This document shows, in pieces, positions 37,706 to 47,369 of a DNA stretch of 64,000 nt. Source of the DNA: a virus. The translations under genes were made by a program, and so were the position numbers. The notes below the pieces were generated by a model that saw only the letters and a program-made list of their open reading frames with translations, made no database searches and was not told where the DNA came from. How positions within the stretch are numbered: the stretch's first letter is position 1; each line of letters begins with the position of its first letter. The stretch is from positions 112,255-176,254 of IMG/VR virus record IMGVR_UViG_3300025133_000027; one strand, given 5' to 3'.

Positions 37706-37918
37706 ATGACAGCAGGACAATTAATTTTACTTCTAGAAGAATATCCACCAGCTACCGAAGTCGTAATGATGACAGACTCTGAAGGCAATGGAGTTAATGA
37801 ACTCGACACCGTTGAGCCTGGATTCTATCACGAAGAAGATAGAGAACTTTACAGTCCTGATGAAGATCTGGAAGATCTTCCAAAGGATTGCAGAAAGGTA
37901 TTAGTAATCTGGCCGTAA
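37706..37918 (+). CDS. Hypothetical phage protein
   Basis: 70 aa, D.EGN motif, GGAGG RBS. Confidence 0.7.
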   Translation: MTAGQLILLLEEYPPATEVVMMTDSEGNGVNELDTVEPGFYHEEDRELYSPDEDLEDLPKDCRKVLVIWP

Positions 37919-38797
37919 ATGTCATCTAAAAAACAAAGAATAATTAAATATGACACTATAGTTGTCGGTGATACAATTGAAGCTTTGGTTTATGCATTCA
38001 TAAATCAGGCTCCCTGTATCACCGACAACTCTTTGTTGTTTGATCGAGATATTGATAAACTCGATCCTTCAATTGATCTTGTCCCAATATTATTACCACA
38101 CCCAACAACCCAGATAAGAACAGTAAAGGGTATTGAGACTCGTGGCATCTCTATGCTTGATTTGCAGAATTATTTAAAATTCTGCTTATCAATGGATGGA
38201 TATCTACCATTTAACGGAACTATCCGTAGTATCCGCATTAATGATGATAATAGTCTTACTGTTAGAAATGGTGACTCTGGCAAACATATCTTAAAATACA
38301 AGAAGCTTGAGATCTTTACACCAGGGCAGGTTCATGGGTTAGAAATCGAAACCTATAAAGAACCAATCTATAGAATAGTCCACAACTTTAAATTCGCACA
38401 CTTATTAGCTTGGGATTACGACGTTATCAGGACAGATGAGCCTTTCCTAAGAGAAGTCTATCAACTCTCTAAAACCAAAGGAAAAGGAGTTAGTTTCCTA
38501 ACCAAGAAAGAACGAGAATCCCATGATTTCTCAGACTTCTTTGTAAAAAGAAAACTAAAAGAAGTTCTAAAGGAAATGGGAGCGACGAGTCCTCCTCGAA
38601 ATTGGACCAAACGGTATATATTAGATAGAACAGTTACCAAGATCAATCGAAATACCTATATAATGCCAAACAAGGTAAACCTGAATACTCTAACACTAAA
38701 GGAAATATTATGTCTTCAAAAAACTTGGTCGGTATCGTACCAGTGGAAAATACAAATGAGATATTCGGTATGCCATGGCCCGACGCTCTTCAAGTAA
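37919..38797 (+). CDS. Hypothetical protein with a Rossmann-like N-terminus
   Basis: YDTIVVG....AL..A resembles a degenerate dinucleotide-binding start. Confidence 0.45.
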   Translation: MSSKKQRIIKYDTIVVGDTIEALVYAFINQAPCITDNSLLFDRDIDKLDPSIDLVPILLPHPTTQIRTVKGIETRGISMLDLQNYLKFCLSMDGYLPFNGTIRSIRINDDNSLTVRNGDSGKHILKYKKLEIFTPGQVHGLEIETYKEPIYRIVHNFKFAHLLAWDYDVIRTDEPFLREVYQLSKTKGKGVSFLTKKERESHDFSDFFVKRKLKEVLKEMGATSPPRNWTKRYILDRTVTKINRNTYIMPNKVNLNTLTLKEILCLQKTWSVSYQWKIQMRYSVCHGPTLFK

Positions 38798-39618
38798 TTT
38801 CATCAAGATTTACACTAATGCAGCGTGCAATCTATGAATGTGCTTGTGCTGGCTGCAAAAGTATCTGGGTGGCTGTTGAACCTGAGTATTTCGATCTATA
38901 TAAGCACTTTGTGAAGGATAGTCTTGAGGATCCTTATAACCTGCTTATCAATAAATTCCAATATGGAATTACTAAAAAAGCAAAAATGGAAATTCCAATC
39001 TATTTTACACCTACCATGCCAAAAGATGTAAAGGCTAGAAAGAGCCAAGCATGGAGTATCATTACAGCAGCACGTTCAGCGAATAGAATCTTTGCTACTA
39101 TTGCAGAGGAGTCAAAACCTTTAAGATTCTATGTAGCGTTTACTAATGGGATTTATAATGAGGATGCATTACTGCATGACAGGCCCCTGCTTTGTGCAAA
39201 AAGTCCGTTTCACTTTTCATTTCAGAAGAAAACCTTTAAGGATGACTTACCTTTAGGCTTCACCTTTACTCAGGACGAGCTAAAGGAAGCTATAAAATAC
39301 GTCAGAGTAAACAGTACCGGGCTCTATAGGATCAAAGATGAATACCTAAACAACAACGACCCAAGCCTTCCATCTAGAGAGAAACTAGAGAGGATCTCTA
39401 AAGAAGATCGCATAGATGCTAAAAAACTAACAGTTTCAGAGGTATTCAACCACGTAGACCTGAGCGGAGAGCGATACTATTCTTTAGACTGGCTCTACGA
39501 CATAAGAGAATATGAAGATTGGGATAAATATATAGTTTCTAAGAAGAAAAAGAAGTATTACTGGAAATTATTCAAACAAGCAAGAATCGAGAAAATAGGA
39601 GAAAACATTGAGCAATAA
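38710..39618 (+). CDS. Degenerate sugar-phosphate nucleotidyltransferase (GT-A)-like protein
   Basis: GIVPV....FG.P..AL..I...TLM..AI.EC..AG..SIWV follows the NTP-transferase N-terminal pattern. Confidence 0.5.
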   Translation: MSSKNLVGIVPVENTNEIFGMPWPDALQVISSRFTLMQRAIYECACAGCKSIWVAVEPEYFDLYKHFVKDSLEDPYNLLINKFQYGITKKAKMEIPIYFTPTMPKDVKARKSQAWSIITAARSANRIFATIAEESKPLRFYVAFTNGIYNEDALLHDRPLLCAKSPFHFSFQKKTFKDDLPLGFTFTQDELKEAIKYVRVNSTGLYRIKDEYLNNNDPSLPSREKLERISKEDRIDAKKLTVSEVFNHVDLSGERYYSLDWLYDIREYEDWDKYIVSKKKKKYYWKLFKQARIEKIGENIEQ

Positions 39619-42600
39619 AATTAAATTTACAAACCTTCACGCTCACACTACATTTAGCACTTTTGATGGTTTAGGATATCCTGCCGAGCATTATGACTAT
39701 GCTTTTGAAAACGGCATGGACGCTATGGCTATTACAGATCATGGCAATATGAACTCGCTTAGTTACTGCCTAGAACATATTAAGAAGATGAAAAAAGAAG
39801 GCAAGGACTTCAAACCAATTTTTGGCATTGAAGCATATTTTGTAGACTCTGTATCGGATTGGAAAATAGCATATGACAAAGAACGAGAAAATAAGAAAGC
39901 TAAAAGCAAGAAGGCAAGCGCTGACGAAAAAAATGGCACAATTGTTGAAGACGAAAATGCTTCAAAAGCAGCCGGAAAAACACTCCGAAGTCGTGCTCAC
40001 CTTGTCCTTCTAGCCAAGAATGAAGTTGGCCTAAAGAACATCTTCTCGATGATTTCACAATCATATAAATCACCTAACTTCTATTACTACCCAAGAATTG
40101 ATTTTGACTTGCTTCGAAAGCATTCAGAAGGGGTTATTGTTAGTTCGGCTTGCCTTGGTGGTCCTCTTTCAAAGATCTTCTGGAACAACCAAGAAGAGTC
40201 GGATGAGCATCTTGTAGAGTTAATGCTTGAGAAAGTGAACAAGTTCAAGGAAATTCTAGGCGAGGATTTTTACGGTGAAATCCAATGGAACAGAATAGAG
40301 GAGCAACATAAGGTAAACAAGCTCGTTATTGAGGCATGTAAACAAGCTAATGTTGAGATTATTTCAACCGCAGATAGTCACTACCCAAGACCTGAGCTTT
40401 GGAAAGAGCGACAGATCTATAAGTCAATTGGTTGGATGAAAAAATCCTCTAGTGAAGAACTTCTAGCCTCTATTGACCCAGATAGGGAGTCACTAAAGGG
40501 TGAATATTACCCAAAGAATGGCGAGCAAATGTGGGATGCTTACAAGAAATACTCAGATGAACTTGGGTATTCTTATGATGATGACTTTATTCGTTCAACC
40601 ATGGAAAGAACACACCAAATATCTTCAGATAAAATTACAGAGTTTGCTCTAGATAATACTCCGAGACTGCCAGATTTCGTCGTTCCAGAGGGGAAAACAC
40701 CCGAAGAAACGCTCAGAGAACTCTCTCTAGCAGGTCTCAAAGATAAGGGTAGGGACCAAGACCTTGAGTATATCGAGAGACTGAACAGCGAGCTTGAAGT
40801 AATTGAGTATCGAGGGTTCTCAAAGTATTTCATCACAATGAAGGCTATTATCGATCTTGCGAAAGACACTCAGTTAATTGGCCCTGGTCGAGGATCTGCT
40901 GCTGGCTCCTTGGTTGCTTATGTTCTTGAAATTACACAAGCTGACCCCATCAAGTATGGTCTACAGTTTAGCAGATTCTTGAGAAGAGACGCTAACGATT
41001 ATCCAGACATTGATGTTGACTTTGGTTATAATATGGAACTTAAGAATCTTCTTATTGAAGAATGGGGAGCAGACACAGTTGTTCCTATTACAAACTTCAA
41101 TACGCTGAAGCTACGTTCTTTGATTAAGGACTTATCAAAACTTTATGGTATTCCATTTATGGAAGTAAATAAGGTCACTTCGGTAATGGAAGAAGAGGCT
41201 ACACCTGGGGCTAAGAAAGCAAGAGGCATGAAGACTGGTCATATTGTTCCAACTTTTGATGAGTTAATGAAGCACTCGCCTTCGCTTATCTCTTTCATGA
41301 AGAAACACTCACAGATTGCTTCTCACGTTAAAGTTCTTCATGGGCAAGTGAGAAGTATCGCAAGGCACGCTGGTGGCGTTGTTATCGCAGATGACCTGAA
41401 TAACCACATGCCGTTGATTTCATCAAAAGGAATTACACAAACTCCTTGGAGTGAAGGGCAAAACGTAAGACACTTGGAGCCCATGGGCTTCATTAAGTTT
41501 GATATTTTGGCTCTTGATGCTTTAAAAATGTTTGACTCGTGTATCAATACAATTCTAAAGAGAAAATATGGTATTGCAGAGCCTACTTTTGCTCAAAGAT
41601 TAGATTTTTACAACAAGAATCTTCATCCTGATGTTATGGATATGGAAGATCAGGAAGTCTTTGAAAACGTATTTCATGAGGGCAAGTGGGTCGGAATATT
41701 TCAATTTACAGAGTCCACTGCACAAGACCTCTGTAGTGCTTCTAAGCCAAGGTCAATTGTTGACATATCAGCCGTAACAAGCATTGTAAGACCAGGACCA
41801 TTAGAGGCTGATGTAGATAAGTCTTATCTGAAAGCAAAGAAGAGTCCAAGATCAGTAAGATATCTTAACAAGACTGTGGAAGAGGTCACGAAAGAAACAT
41901 CAGGTTTTTTGATTTTTCAAGAGCAAATTGCATTACTAGCTCACAAGCTAGGCAAGGATATCTCACTAGATGAGGGTAATAAGCTAAGAAAGCTTCTAAC
42001 CAAGAAAGGAATCGATGAAATCGAGGAAAAGAAAAAGAAGATTAAAGATAAGTTTGATGCTGGTTGTCTTGAGAAGAAGATTTCAAAGAAAGATGCCACC
42101 GATATGTGGAAGACCTTCGAGTTCTTTTCAGGTTATGGATTCAATAAGTCACACGCAGTTTGTTACAGTATGATTTCATATCAGTGTGCGTGGTTAATGA
42201 CATATCACGAGCCTGAGTGGGTTGCAGCTTTCCTTGATAAAGAGCCTGATTCTAGAAAAGAGAAGGCAATTTCACTAGCAAGAACACTGGGATATGAGAT
42301 TGTCAAACCAACAATTAATCATTCTGGATTCAAATGGGAGCCTATTGATATTGATGGAACAACTAAGCTCGTGCAGCCATTGAGTTCGATCAAAGGACTC
42401 GGAGTAACAGCTATTTCACAAATTCTAGAACATAGACCCTTTAAGACAGTTGAAGAAACATTATTCAATGACAAGATTTCCTATCGTGCTTTCAACAAAA
42501 AAGCTTTTGATGTTCTGTGTAGGTCTGGAGCTATGAATAGTCTTATGGATTCTAGGTTCACAGGTAGTAAACATTTCTGGACTGTAGTTGCGGCGAACAA

Positions 42601-43039
42601 GCCAACAAAGAAGCAACAAAAAATCTTTAAAGAAAATATTGCCGTTTTTGCAGGAGAAGGTGAGTTTAGTAGGGATGAGCAGATTGAAAATATTCTGTCA
42701 CTAACAGGTTTCTATCCGTTAGAACTTGTTGTTGGGCAAGAATCTCTAGATAAGCTTGAAGAGTGTGGAATTCCTCCCTTAGGAGAATTTGATAAAGATC
42801 TGCAAGTTGCATGGTGTATTCCAAGAGAGATCATAAAAAGAGTAACGAAGAAAAATAAGCAATATTGGATTGTGAAGGTTACTGATTCTACGAATACGAT
42901 GATTGACATTAAGTGTTGGGGTATTAGACCAATTCTTGACACTTTAAAGCTTAATGCTATATATATTGTTAATCCCAAGTTTGAGCAGACTTGGGGCTTC
43001 TCAACCTCATCAATTTCAACACAGTGGAAAAAACTATAA
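39608..43039 (+). CDS. dnaE: DNA polymerase III alpha subunit
   Basis: PHP domain (HAH, TDHG, DSHY), GPGRGSAAGSLVAY, PDIDVD, HAGG, KFDIL and YGFNKSHA motifs. Confidence 0.96.
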   Translation: MSNKIKFTNLHAHTTFSTFDGLGYPAEHYDYAFENGMDAMAITDHGNMNSLSYCLEHIKKMKKEGKDFKPIFGIEAYFVDSVSDWKIAYDKERENKKAKSKKASADEKNGTIVEDENASKAAGKTLRSRAHLVLLAKNEVGLKNIFSMISQSYKSPNFYYYPRIDFDLLRKHSEGVIVSSACLGGPLSKIFWNNQEESDEHLVELMLEKVNKFKEILGEDFYGEIQWNRIEEQHKVNKLVIEACKQANVEIISTADSHYPRPELWKERQIYKSIGWMKKSSSEELLASIDPDRESLKGEYYPKNGEQMWDAYKKYSDELGYSYDDDFIRSTMERTHQISSDKITEFALDNTPRLPDFVVPEGKTPEETLRELSLAGLKDKGRDQDLEYIERLNSELEVIEYRGFSKYFITMKAIIDLAKDTQLIGPGRGSAAGSLVAYVLEITQADPIKYGLQFSRFLRRDANDYPDIDVDFGYNMELKNLLIEEWGADTVVPITNFNTLKLRSLIKDLSKLYGIPFMEVNKVTSVMEEEATPGAKKARGMKTGHIVPTFDELMKHSPSLISFMKKHSQIASHVKVLHGQVRSIARHAGGVVIADDLNNHMPLISSKGITQTPWSEGQNVRHLEPMGFIKFDILALDALKMFDSCINTILKRKYGIAEPTFAQRLDFYNKNLHPDVMDMEDQEVFENVFHEGKWVGIFQFTESTAQDLCSASKPRSIVDISAVTSIVRPGPLEADVDKSYLKAKKSPRSVRYLNKTVEEVTKETSGFLIFQEQIALLAHKLGKDISLDEGNKLRKLLTKKGIDEIEEKKKKIKDKFDAGCLEKKISKKDATDMWKTFEFFSGYGFNKSHAVCYSMISYQCAWLMTYHEPEWVAAFLDKEPDSRKEKAISLARTLGYEIVKPTINHSGFKWEPIDIDGTTKLVQPLSSIKGLGVTAISQILEHRPFKTVEETLFNDKISYRAFNKKAFDVLCRSGAMNSLMDSRFTGSKHFWTVVAANKPTKKQQKIFKENIAVFAGEGEFSRDEQIENILSLTGFYPLELVVGQESLDKLEECGIPPLGEFDKDLQVAWCIPREIIKRVTKKNKQYWIVKVTDSTNTMIDIKCWGIRPILDTLKLNAIYIVNPKFEQTWGFSTSSISTQWKKL

Positions 43040-43056
43040 AACTTCGGCATGTCAAT

Positions 43057-43066
43057 ACTATTTATA
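43057..43066 (+). promoter_or_regulatory. Putative late promoter ACTATTTATA
   Basis: Exact intergenic motif. Confidence 0.7.
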
Positions 43067-43096
43067 TTAGCCACCCCCTTAAGGAGACTATTATAA

Positions 43097-43867
43097 ATGG
43101 TATCGCCACGAAAAAGAAAAGTCAAAAAATATTTAATCGGAACATATGTTAATAACGCTGGGTTATCAACGACAGGAATTCTTGCAGCAAACGATGCTAG
43201 TTTGCTTAGTGCAAGCCTTGCCGACCCTGCTGTTGTTGGTACAAGCAGCGCAGCAGGATATTTTGCTAATGCAAGCACCGCTCTATTGACAGATGGAGCT
43301 TCTGACGGTGACGGAAACTTCTCAAATGCTGGAGTTGCTCCTAAAACTGGTGAAACTACGGACTTTTCTGGTGAGACTGTTTCCCATTTTAAGTTATCAC
43401 TCCCAGGTGAAGCAGCAATTCAAGTTTCTGCAACAAACTGGCCTGTAATTATTTATAGTCCTGATGGGCCTTCTGCTAATTCACATAAGACTTACTCTAG
43501 TTGGGGACTCAATGCAACTGCTTCTATCGGGTTTGATAATCAAGTCACAGGCTCGGTAAACGAAGTTACTCACTTGCAAGTTTACTATGCCGGTACTCTA
43601 CACTCAAATTCTTTAGGGTATGATAAGTTAGAGATATATGCAGGGGCGGGACCATCCCTTGTAGCTTCGGTATCTGGAACAAATGAATATGTGTCTGGAA
43701 ATCTATACATTGAAACAGCATCCATAGGTGGGTCTGGTTTTCTAATGGCTACCTTATCATCATCAGCAGATCAAACTAACACCGATTGGTTAAGTGGTTT
43801 CTTAGTTCACGTTTCTGGTACCGTTGGCACAACCACTCCAACAGGTTCAGCTTGGACTTTAGCTTAA
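43097..43867 (+). CDS. Putative late virion protein (Ser/Gly/Ala/Thr-rich)
   Basis: Composition resembles the sheath and capsid insertions; late motif. Confidence 0.5.
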   Translation: MVSPRKRKVKKYLIGTYVNNAGLSTTGILAANDASLLSASLADPAVVGTSSAAGYFANASTALLTDGASDGDGNFSNAGVAPKTGETTDFSGETVSHFKLSLPGEAAIQVSATNWPVIIYSPDGPSANSHKTYSSWGLNATASIGFDNQVTGSVNEVTHLQVYYAGTLHSNSLGYDKLEIYAGAGPSLVASVSGTNEYVSGNLYIETASIGGSGFLMATLSSSADQTNTDWLSGFLVHVSGTVGTTTPTGSAWTLA

Positions 43868-43874
43868 TTTAGAG

Positions 43875-43931
43875 TTGACATAAAATAAAACCTCCTGTAT
43901 GATATCTTAATGATGCCATACAGGAGGTTTT
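43875..43931 (+). promoter_or_regulatory. sigma70 promoter embedded in a 15 bp terminator-like inverted repeat covering the dut RBS
   Basis: TTGACA-N17-TATGAT; arms AAAACCTCCTGTATG and CATACAGGAGGTTTT. Confidence 0.8.
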
Positions 43932-43932
43932 T

Positions 43933-44391
43933 ATGGTTTTACACACAGCAATCTTGAGAGACAGAGTAAAAAAGCCAAAACGAGCACACAATACGGATGC
44001 TGGTATTGATTTTTTTTACTGTCCAATAGAAAAATTAACATTAGCAATTAGGCCGGGAGAGACTAAGTTGTTAAAAACCGGGGTATCCGTTGCGGTCCCT
44101 GAGGGTTTTTATTTAGAAATAAAAAACAAATCAGGTATGGCTTACAAAAAACAATTACTAGTTGGCGCTTGTGTTATCGACGCTGGGTATGATGGTGAGG
44201 TTTTTGTTAACCTACACAATGTAGGTAATAAGATTACATTTATAGATCCTGGTGATAAGATTGCTCAAGGAGTTTTATTAAGGCACCATCTAACTTCATT
44301 AAAATTTGAAGAACCTACAAAAGTTTCAGAAAGAAATTCTATGATTTCAAAACGAGGTTCCGGCGCGCTTGGAAGCACGGGAGTCAAATAA
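43933..44391 (+). CDS. dut: Trimeric dUTPase
   Basis: AGID, KSG, VIDAGYDGE, GDKIAQ and RG.GALGSTG motifs. Confidence 0.95.
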   Translation: MVLHTAILRDRVKKPKRAHNTDAGIDFFYCPIEKLTLAIRPGETKLLKTGVSVAVPEGFYLEIKNKSGMAYKKQLLVGACVIDAGYDGEVFVNLHNVGNKITFIDPGDKIAQGVLLRHHLTSLKFEEPTKVSERNSMISKRGSGALGSTGVK

Positions 44392-44912
44392 TGACTAATC
44401 CAAATGGACAACTTAAAAACCTGAATCAGGTCCACTATACATCAAATTCTGATGAGTGGGGAACTCCTGATGCTTTTATGGAAGTTTTAAATCAGAGGTT
44501 TGGTGATTTTACACTTGATCCCTGTTGCACAATAAACAGTGCAAAAGCTCCAAATTTTATAACTTCAAATGAAAATGGACTAACAAAAGATTGGAGCGGA
44601 AATGTTTATATGAACCCTCCATATTCTAGTGTTTCTAAGTGGATTGACAAGGCTATCTTTGAAACGGCCTCCGGTAATACGGATAGAGTAGTCTGTCTCG
44701 TACCAGCTAGGACGGCTACCAAGTGGTTTTACAGGGCTGCAATCGAGGCTTCTGAGGTTCTTTTTGTCCATGGAAGACTCTCATTTGAAAACCCTGTAAA
44801 CAAAAATAAGAACTCTGCACCATTCCCTTCAGTTGTTATTGTCTTTGAAAAGAAAAGTGCTCTAACCCCACTAAGTGGAGCTAAATTTGGCTTTCTAGGG
44901 AGGACATTATAA
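44391..44912 (+). CDS. Phage DNA N6-adenine methyltransferase (Dam-like)
   Basis: DEW.TP, LDPC, NPPYS, LVPART...WF and GRL.F motifs. Confidence 0.9.
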   Translation: MTNPNGQLKNLNQVHYTSNSDEWGTPDAFMEVLNQRFGDFTLDPCCTINSAKAPNFITSNENGLTKDWSGNVYMNPPYSSVSKWIDKAIFETASGNTDRVVCLVPARTATKWFYRAAIEASEVLFVHGRLSFENPVNKNKNSAPFPSVVIVFEKKSALTPLSGAKFGFLGRTL

Positions 44913-45172
44913 TGTCCTCAATTGCAAGAAATTTAGAAAAGAAAAAAGAACGTAACGAAGATAAGAAGGCTGAGAAGAATATGGCCAAGAAGATTTCTAT
45001 GTTTGATAGAATTCCTGATGAATGTCTAACCTGTAAAGCTCCTTTTGACAAGAAAAGTAAAATACATGCACAGACCTGGATTGTATCCGTCTTTACTGAA
45101 CAGAAGAAGGTTGTAATTATATGCCCAGAATGTTATAATAAGAAGGTAGCAGAAAGGAGCAGCAATGATTGA
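44912..45172 (+). CDS. Small zinc-ribbon protein
   Basis: CLTC...CPEC. Confidence 0.65.
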   Translation: MSSIARNLEKKKERNEDKKAEKNMAKKISMFDRIPDECLTCKAPFDKKSKIHAQTWIVSVFTEQKKVVIICPECYNKKVAERSSND

Positions 45173-45446
45173 GCAAGATTGTTTATTATATTTTTCAAGT
45201 GATATGTGTGGTTTATGTGAGGTTTTAGATGAAGTCCTCGTTAAAATAGAGCGATTATATCCTAGCTTAACGGTATATAAACTAAACCAAGAAGAAGACC
45301 TTCAGCTTTTTGAAAAGTTTGAAATTGACGGAGTGCCAACTTTATATATGAGAAGAGTGGAGGGGTTCGTTGAAATACCCTACCCCGAAACTGGTTATCA
45401 GTATGAGTATTTAAAGGATTACTTTGAAGAGGTATACAGTGTATAA
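45165..45446 (+). CDS. Thioredoxin-like protein
   Basis: YF.S..CGLC active site and GVPTL cis-Pro motif. Confidence 0.8.
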   Translation: MIEQDCLLYFSSDMCGLCEVLDEVLVKIERLYPSLTVYKLNQEEDLQLFEKFEIDGVPTLYMRRVEGFVEIPYPETGYQYEYLKDYFEEVYSV

Positions 45447-45756
45447 CTTTCCTTACAAAGTGTCGCTTAGGATCGGGTATCATAAACTAACACAATTAAA
45501 AGTATATGCTAGATATGACGGCATGAGTTATATTAAACTTCTTAAAGCCCTAGCAACAGGATATGTTGACGGAGACCCAGACATTCGGTCTTTCGTTGAG
45601 AAACATAAGCTTAAAGAAAAACTTAGTTATAAGAAATATATAAAAGTATCAAAAAATAGTTTTCAAAAAAAGCAAGAAATCAACAAATTGTATAATATTA
45701 ATCAAGCTTTTAATAAGAAAAATGTTCAAGACGTTGAGGAGATTAGTGGAATATGA
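45439..45756 (+). CDS. Hypothetical protein
   Basis: GTG start with GAGG RBS; basic. Confidence 0.55.
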   Translation: MYNFPYKVSLRIGYHKLTQLKVYARYDGMSYIKLLKALATGYVDGDPDIRSFVEKHKLKEKLSYKKYIKVSKNSFQKKQEINKLYNINQAFNKKNVQDVEEISGI

Positions 45757-45983
45757 ATTGCCATGAAACTTGTGAGTTAGCCTGTGAAGGCTGCCCAGTC
45801 CAAAAATGTAAATTCTGGATAGATTATCCCGAAGAGTTTAATTGCTCAAAAATTTCAGTCGAAAAGAATGGAGCAATGACTCTAAGAGAAACAGCTAAAA
45901 GGCTCGGCATATCATATGTAAGAGTTAAGCAATTAGAAGATGAAGCCTTAGAAGCCCTTTCTACTATCGAAGACAAAAGATAA
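45753..45983 (+). CDS. Cys-rich protein with a sigma70 region 4-like HTH
   Basis: MTLRETAKRLGISYVRVKQLE..AL; six N-terminal Cys. Confidence 0.75.
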   Translation: MNCHETCELACEGCPVQKCKFWIDYPEEFNCSKISVEKNGAMTLRETAKRLGISYVRVKQLEDEALEALSTIEDKR

Positions 45984-45996
45984 CAATAAATTGAAT

Positions 45997-46060
45997 TATT
46001 TATACCTGTATACCGTTGGAGGTTTTTTAAGCTATGAGTGTATCAAAAGAAAATGTGGTT
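45997..46060 (+). repeat. Direct repeat copy 1 (late promoter, RBS and gene start)
   Basis: TATTTATAcCTGTATACCGTTGGAGGTTTTT...ATG...AAAGAAAATGT.GTT. Confidence 0.85.
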
Positions 46061-46429
46061 AAAAAGTGGAAAAAACTATCAGGAGAAGAGTACGATAAAG
46101 CTGTAACCAGTTTGTACGAGATAGATGACCGCTACATGACGATGAGTGCTAAACGAAGCCACGAGATTGATTTGACGATCAGTCACCTCCTCGGCCTTGA
46201 CTTTCCAGTCAAGAGGCGCAAAGCAATCAAGAAGGCATTGGGCAAAATCAACCGACGCCTCTTTTTGAAGCATGTCGTGATTATAGTGCGCGGATTTTTT
46301 GACAAACAGTTTATTCCAGAAACTGGAGAATTTGCAAGAGTTACCCGAGAATGCCTCGGTGAAGTTTTGTCTGATGATGAACTGAATGACTATCTAGGTG
46401 AATGGATTAAATCCAACAAACTAATATAA
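46034..46429 (+). CDS. Hypothetical late protein
   Basis: 131 aa; N-terminus paralogous to the next gene. Confidence 0.7.
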   Translation: MSVSKENVVKKWKKLSGEEYDKAVTSLYEIDDRYMTMSAKRSHEIDLTISHLLGLDFPVKRRKAIKKALGKINRRLFLKHVVIIVRGFFDKQFIPETGEFARVTRECLGEVLSDDELNDYLGEWIKSNKLI

Positions 46430-46454
46430 GTTGAAATTAACGTTTTTTATATAC

Positions 46455-46517
46455 TATTTATATCTGTATACCGTTGGAGGTTTTTAAATAATGACTTTAC
46501 TAAAAGAAAATGTAGTT
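46455..46517 (+). repeat. Direct repeat copy 2 (late promoter, RBS and gene start)
   Basis: TATTTATAtCTGTATACCGTTGGAGGTTTTT...ATG...AAAGAAAATGT.GTT. Confidence 0.85.
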
Positions 46518-47345
46518 GTAGATTTCATGAGGCACGCTGGCCTCTCTACGCATACTACGAAGATTATCAGAGAAATGAAAGAAGCAGACGAAGAAGTCCA
46601 AGAAGAAGGCAAGAGCTGCGAAGATTGCGATTGTGGCGAGAAAGGCTGCGAGAAGTGTAAAAAGGGCAAAAAAGTTGTTGAAGAAGCCGAAGCCGAAGAC
46701 GACAGCGCTCTTTATGAAGAACTAAAGAGTCTTATGGAAGCCGAAGGTTTTGGCGAAGAAGATGAAGAGGAACCCGGTATGGAATACGGGAACGAGAGAG
46801 GCGAAGAAGAGATGGGTGATGACGAAGACCTTGATATGAGCGACGAAGACGTTGATGATGAGGATCTTGGCCTAGAAGATGATAGTATGGATATGGAAGA
46901 CGACGAGGCGGGTGTTTCGTCCGGTAGTCCAGAAGTTGAAGATGCAATCAAGCAAGTTCTTGAAGCATTTGCTGAGGCTGTAAGTTCAACTCTCGGAATC
47001 AAAATCGATGTTACTCAAGGTGACGATGATGATGATGAAGGCATGGAAGGCATGGAAGGCATGGAAGACATGGGCGATGAAGGCATGGAAGACATGGGCG
47101 ATGAAGGCATGGAAGACATGGACGATGAAGGCATGGAAGACATGGACGATGAAGAAGATATGGGTGGCGAAGAAGAACTCGCTCCTGAAGAAGAAGAAGC
47201 CCTACAAGAAGCTATCAATCTTCTAAAGAAGAGCATGCGAAAGAAGACAAAAAAAGCTACAAGGCTTAAAGAGTCTAAGATGTCAAACAAAGCTCTTATT
47301 AGCCGAGTAAAGAGAAGAATTGCAAAAAGAGTTTCAAAAAAGTAA
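46491..47345 (+). CDS. Highly acidic late protein, scaffold/core-like
   Basis: LLKE/IIRE/LYEE/LMEA/LQEA motifs, D/E/M repeats, basic C-terminus. Confidence 0.6.
   Translation: MTLLKENVVVDFMRHAGLSTHTTKIIREMKEADEEVQEEGKSCEDCDCGEKGCEKCKKGKKVVEEAEAEDDSALYEELKSLMEAEGFGEEDEEEPGMEYGNERGEEEMGDDEDLDMSDEDVDDEDLGLEDDSMDMEDDEAGVSSGSPEVEDAIKQVLEAFAEAVSSTLGIKIDVTQGDDDDDEGMEGMEGMEDMGDEGMEDMGDEGMEDMDDEGMEDMDDEEDMGGEEELAPEEEEALQEAINLLKKSMRKKTKKATRLKESKMSNKALISRVKRRIAKRVSKK
47037..47150 (+). repeat. Coding tandem repeats: 2 x 9 bp plus 4 x 24 bp (EGMEDM[G/D]D)
   Basis: GAAGGCATGGAAGACATGG(G/A)CGAT x4. Confidence 0.9.
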
Positions 47346-47369
47346 TTTAAAATATTAAATGGTATACAC

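Noticed and set aside
27260-43039. Inteins or introns in RecA, DnaB, RNR or DnaE
   Set aside because: Lengths are normal, motifs are contiguous, and no splice-junction or LAGLIDADG signatures were seen.
47037-47150. CRISPR array
   Set aside because: Contiguous in-frame coding repeats with no unique spacers. The same applies to 4594-4647.
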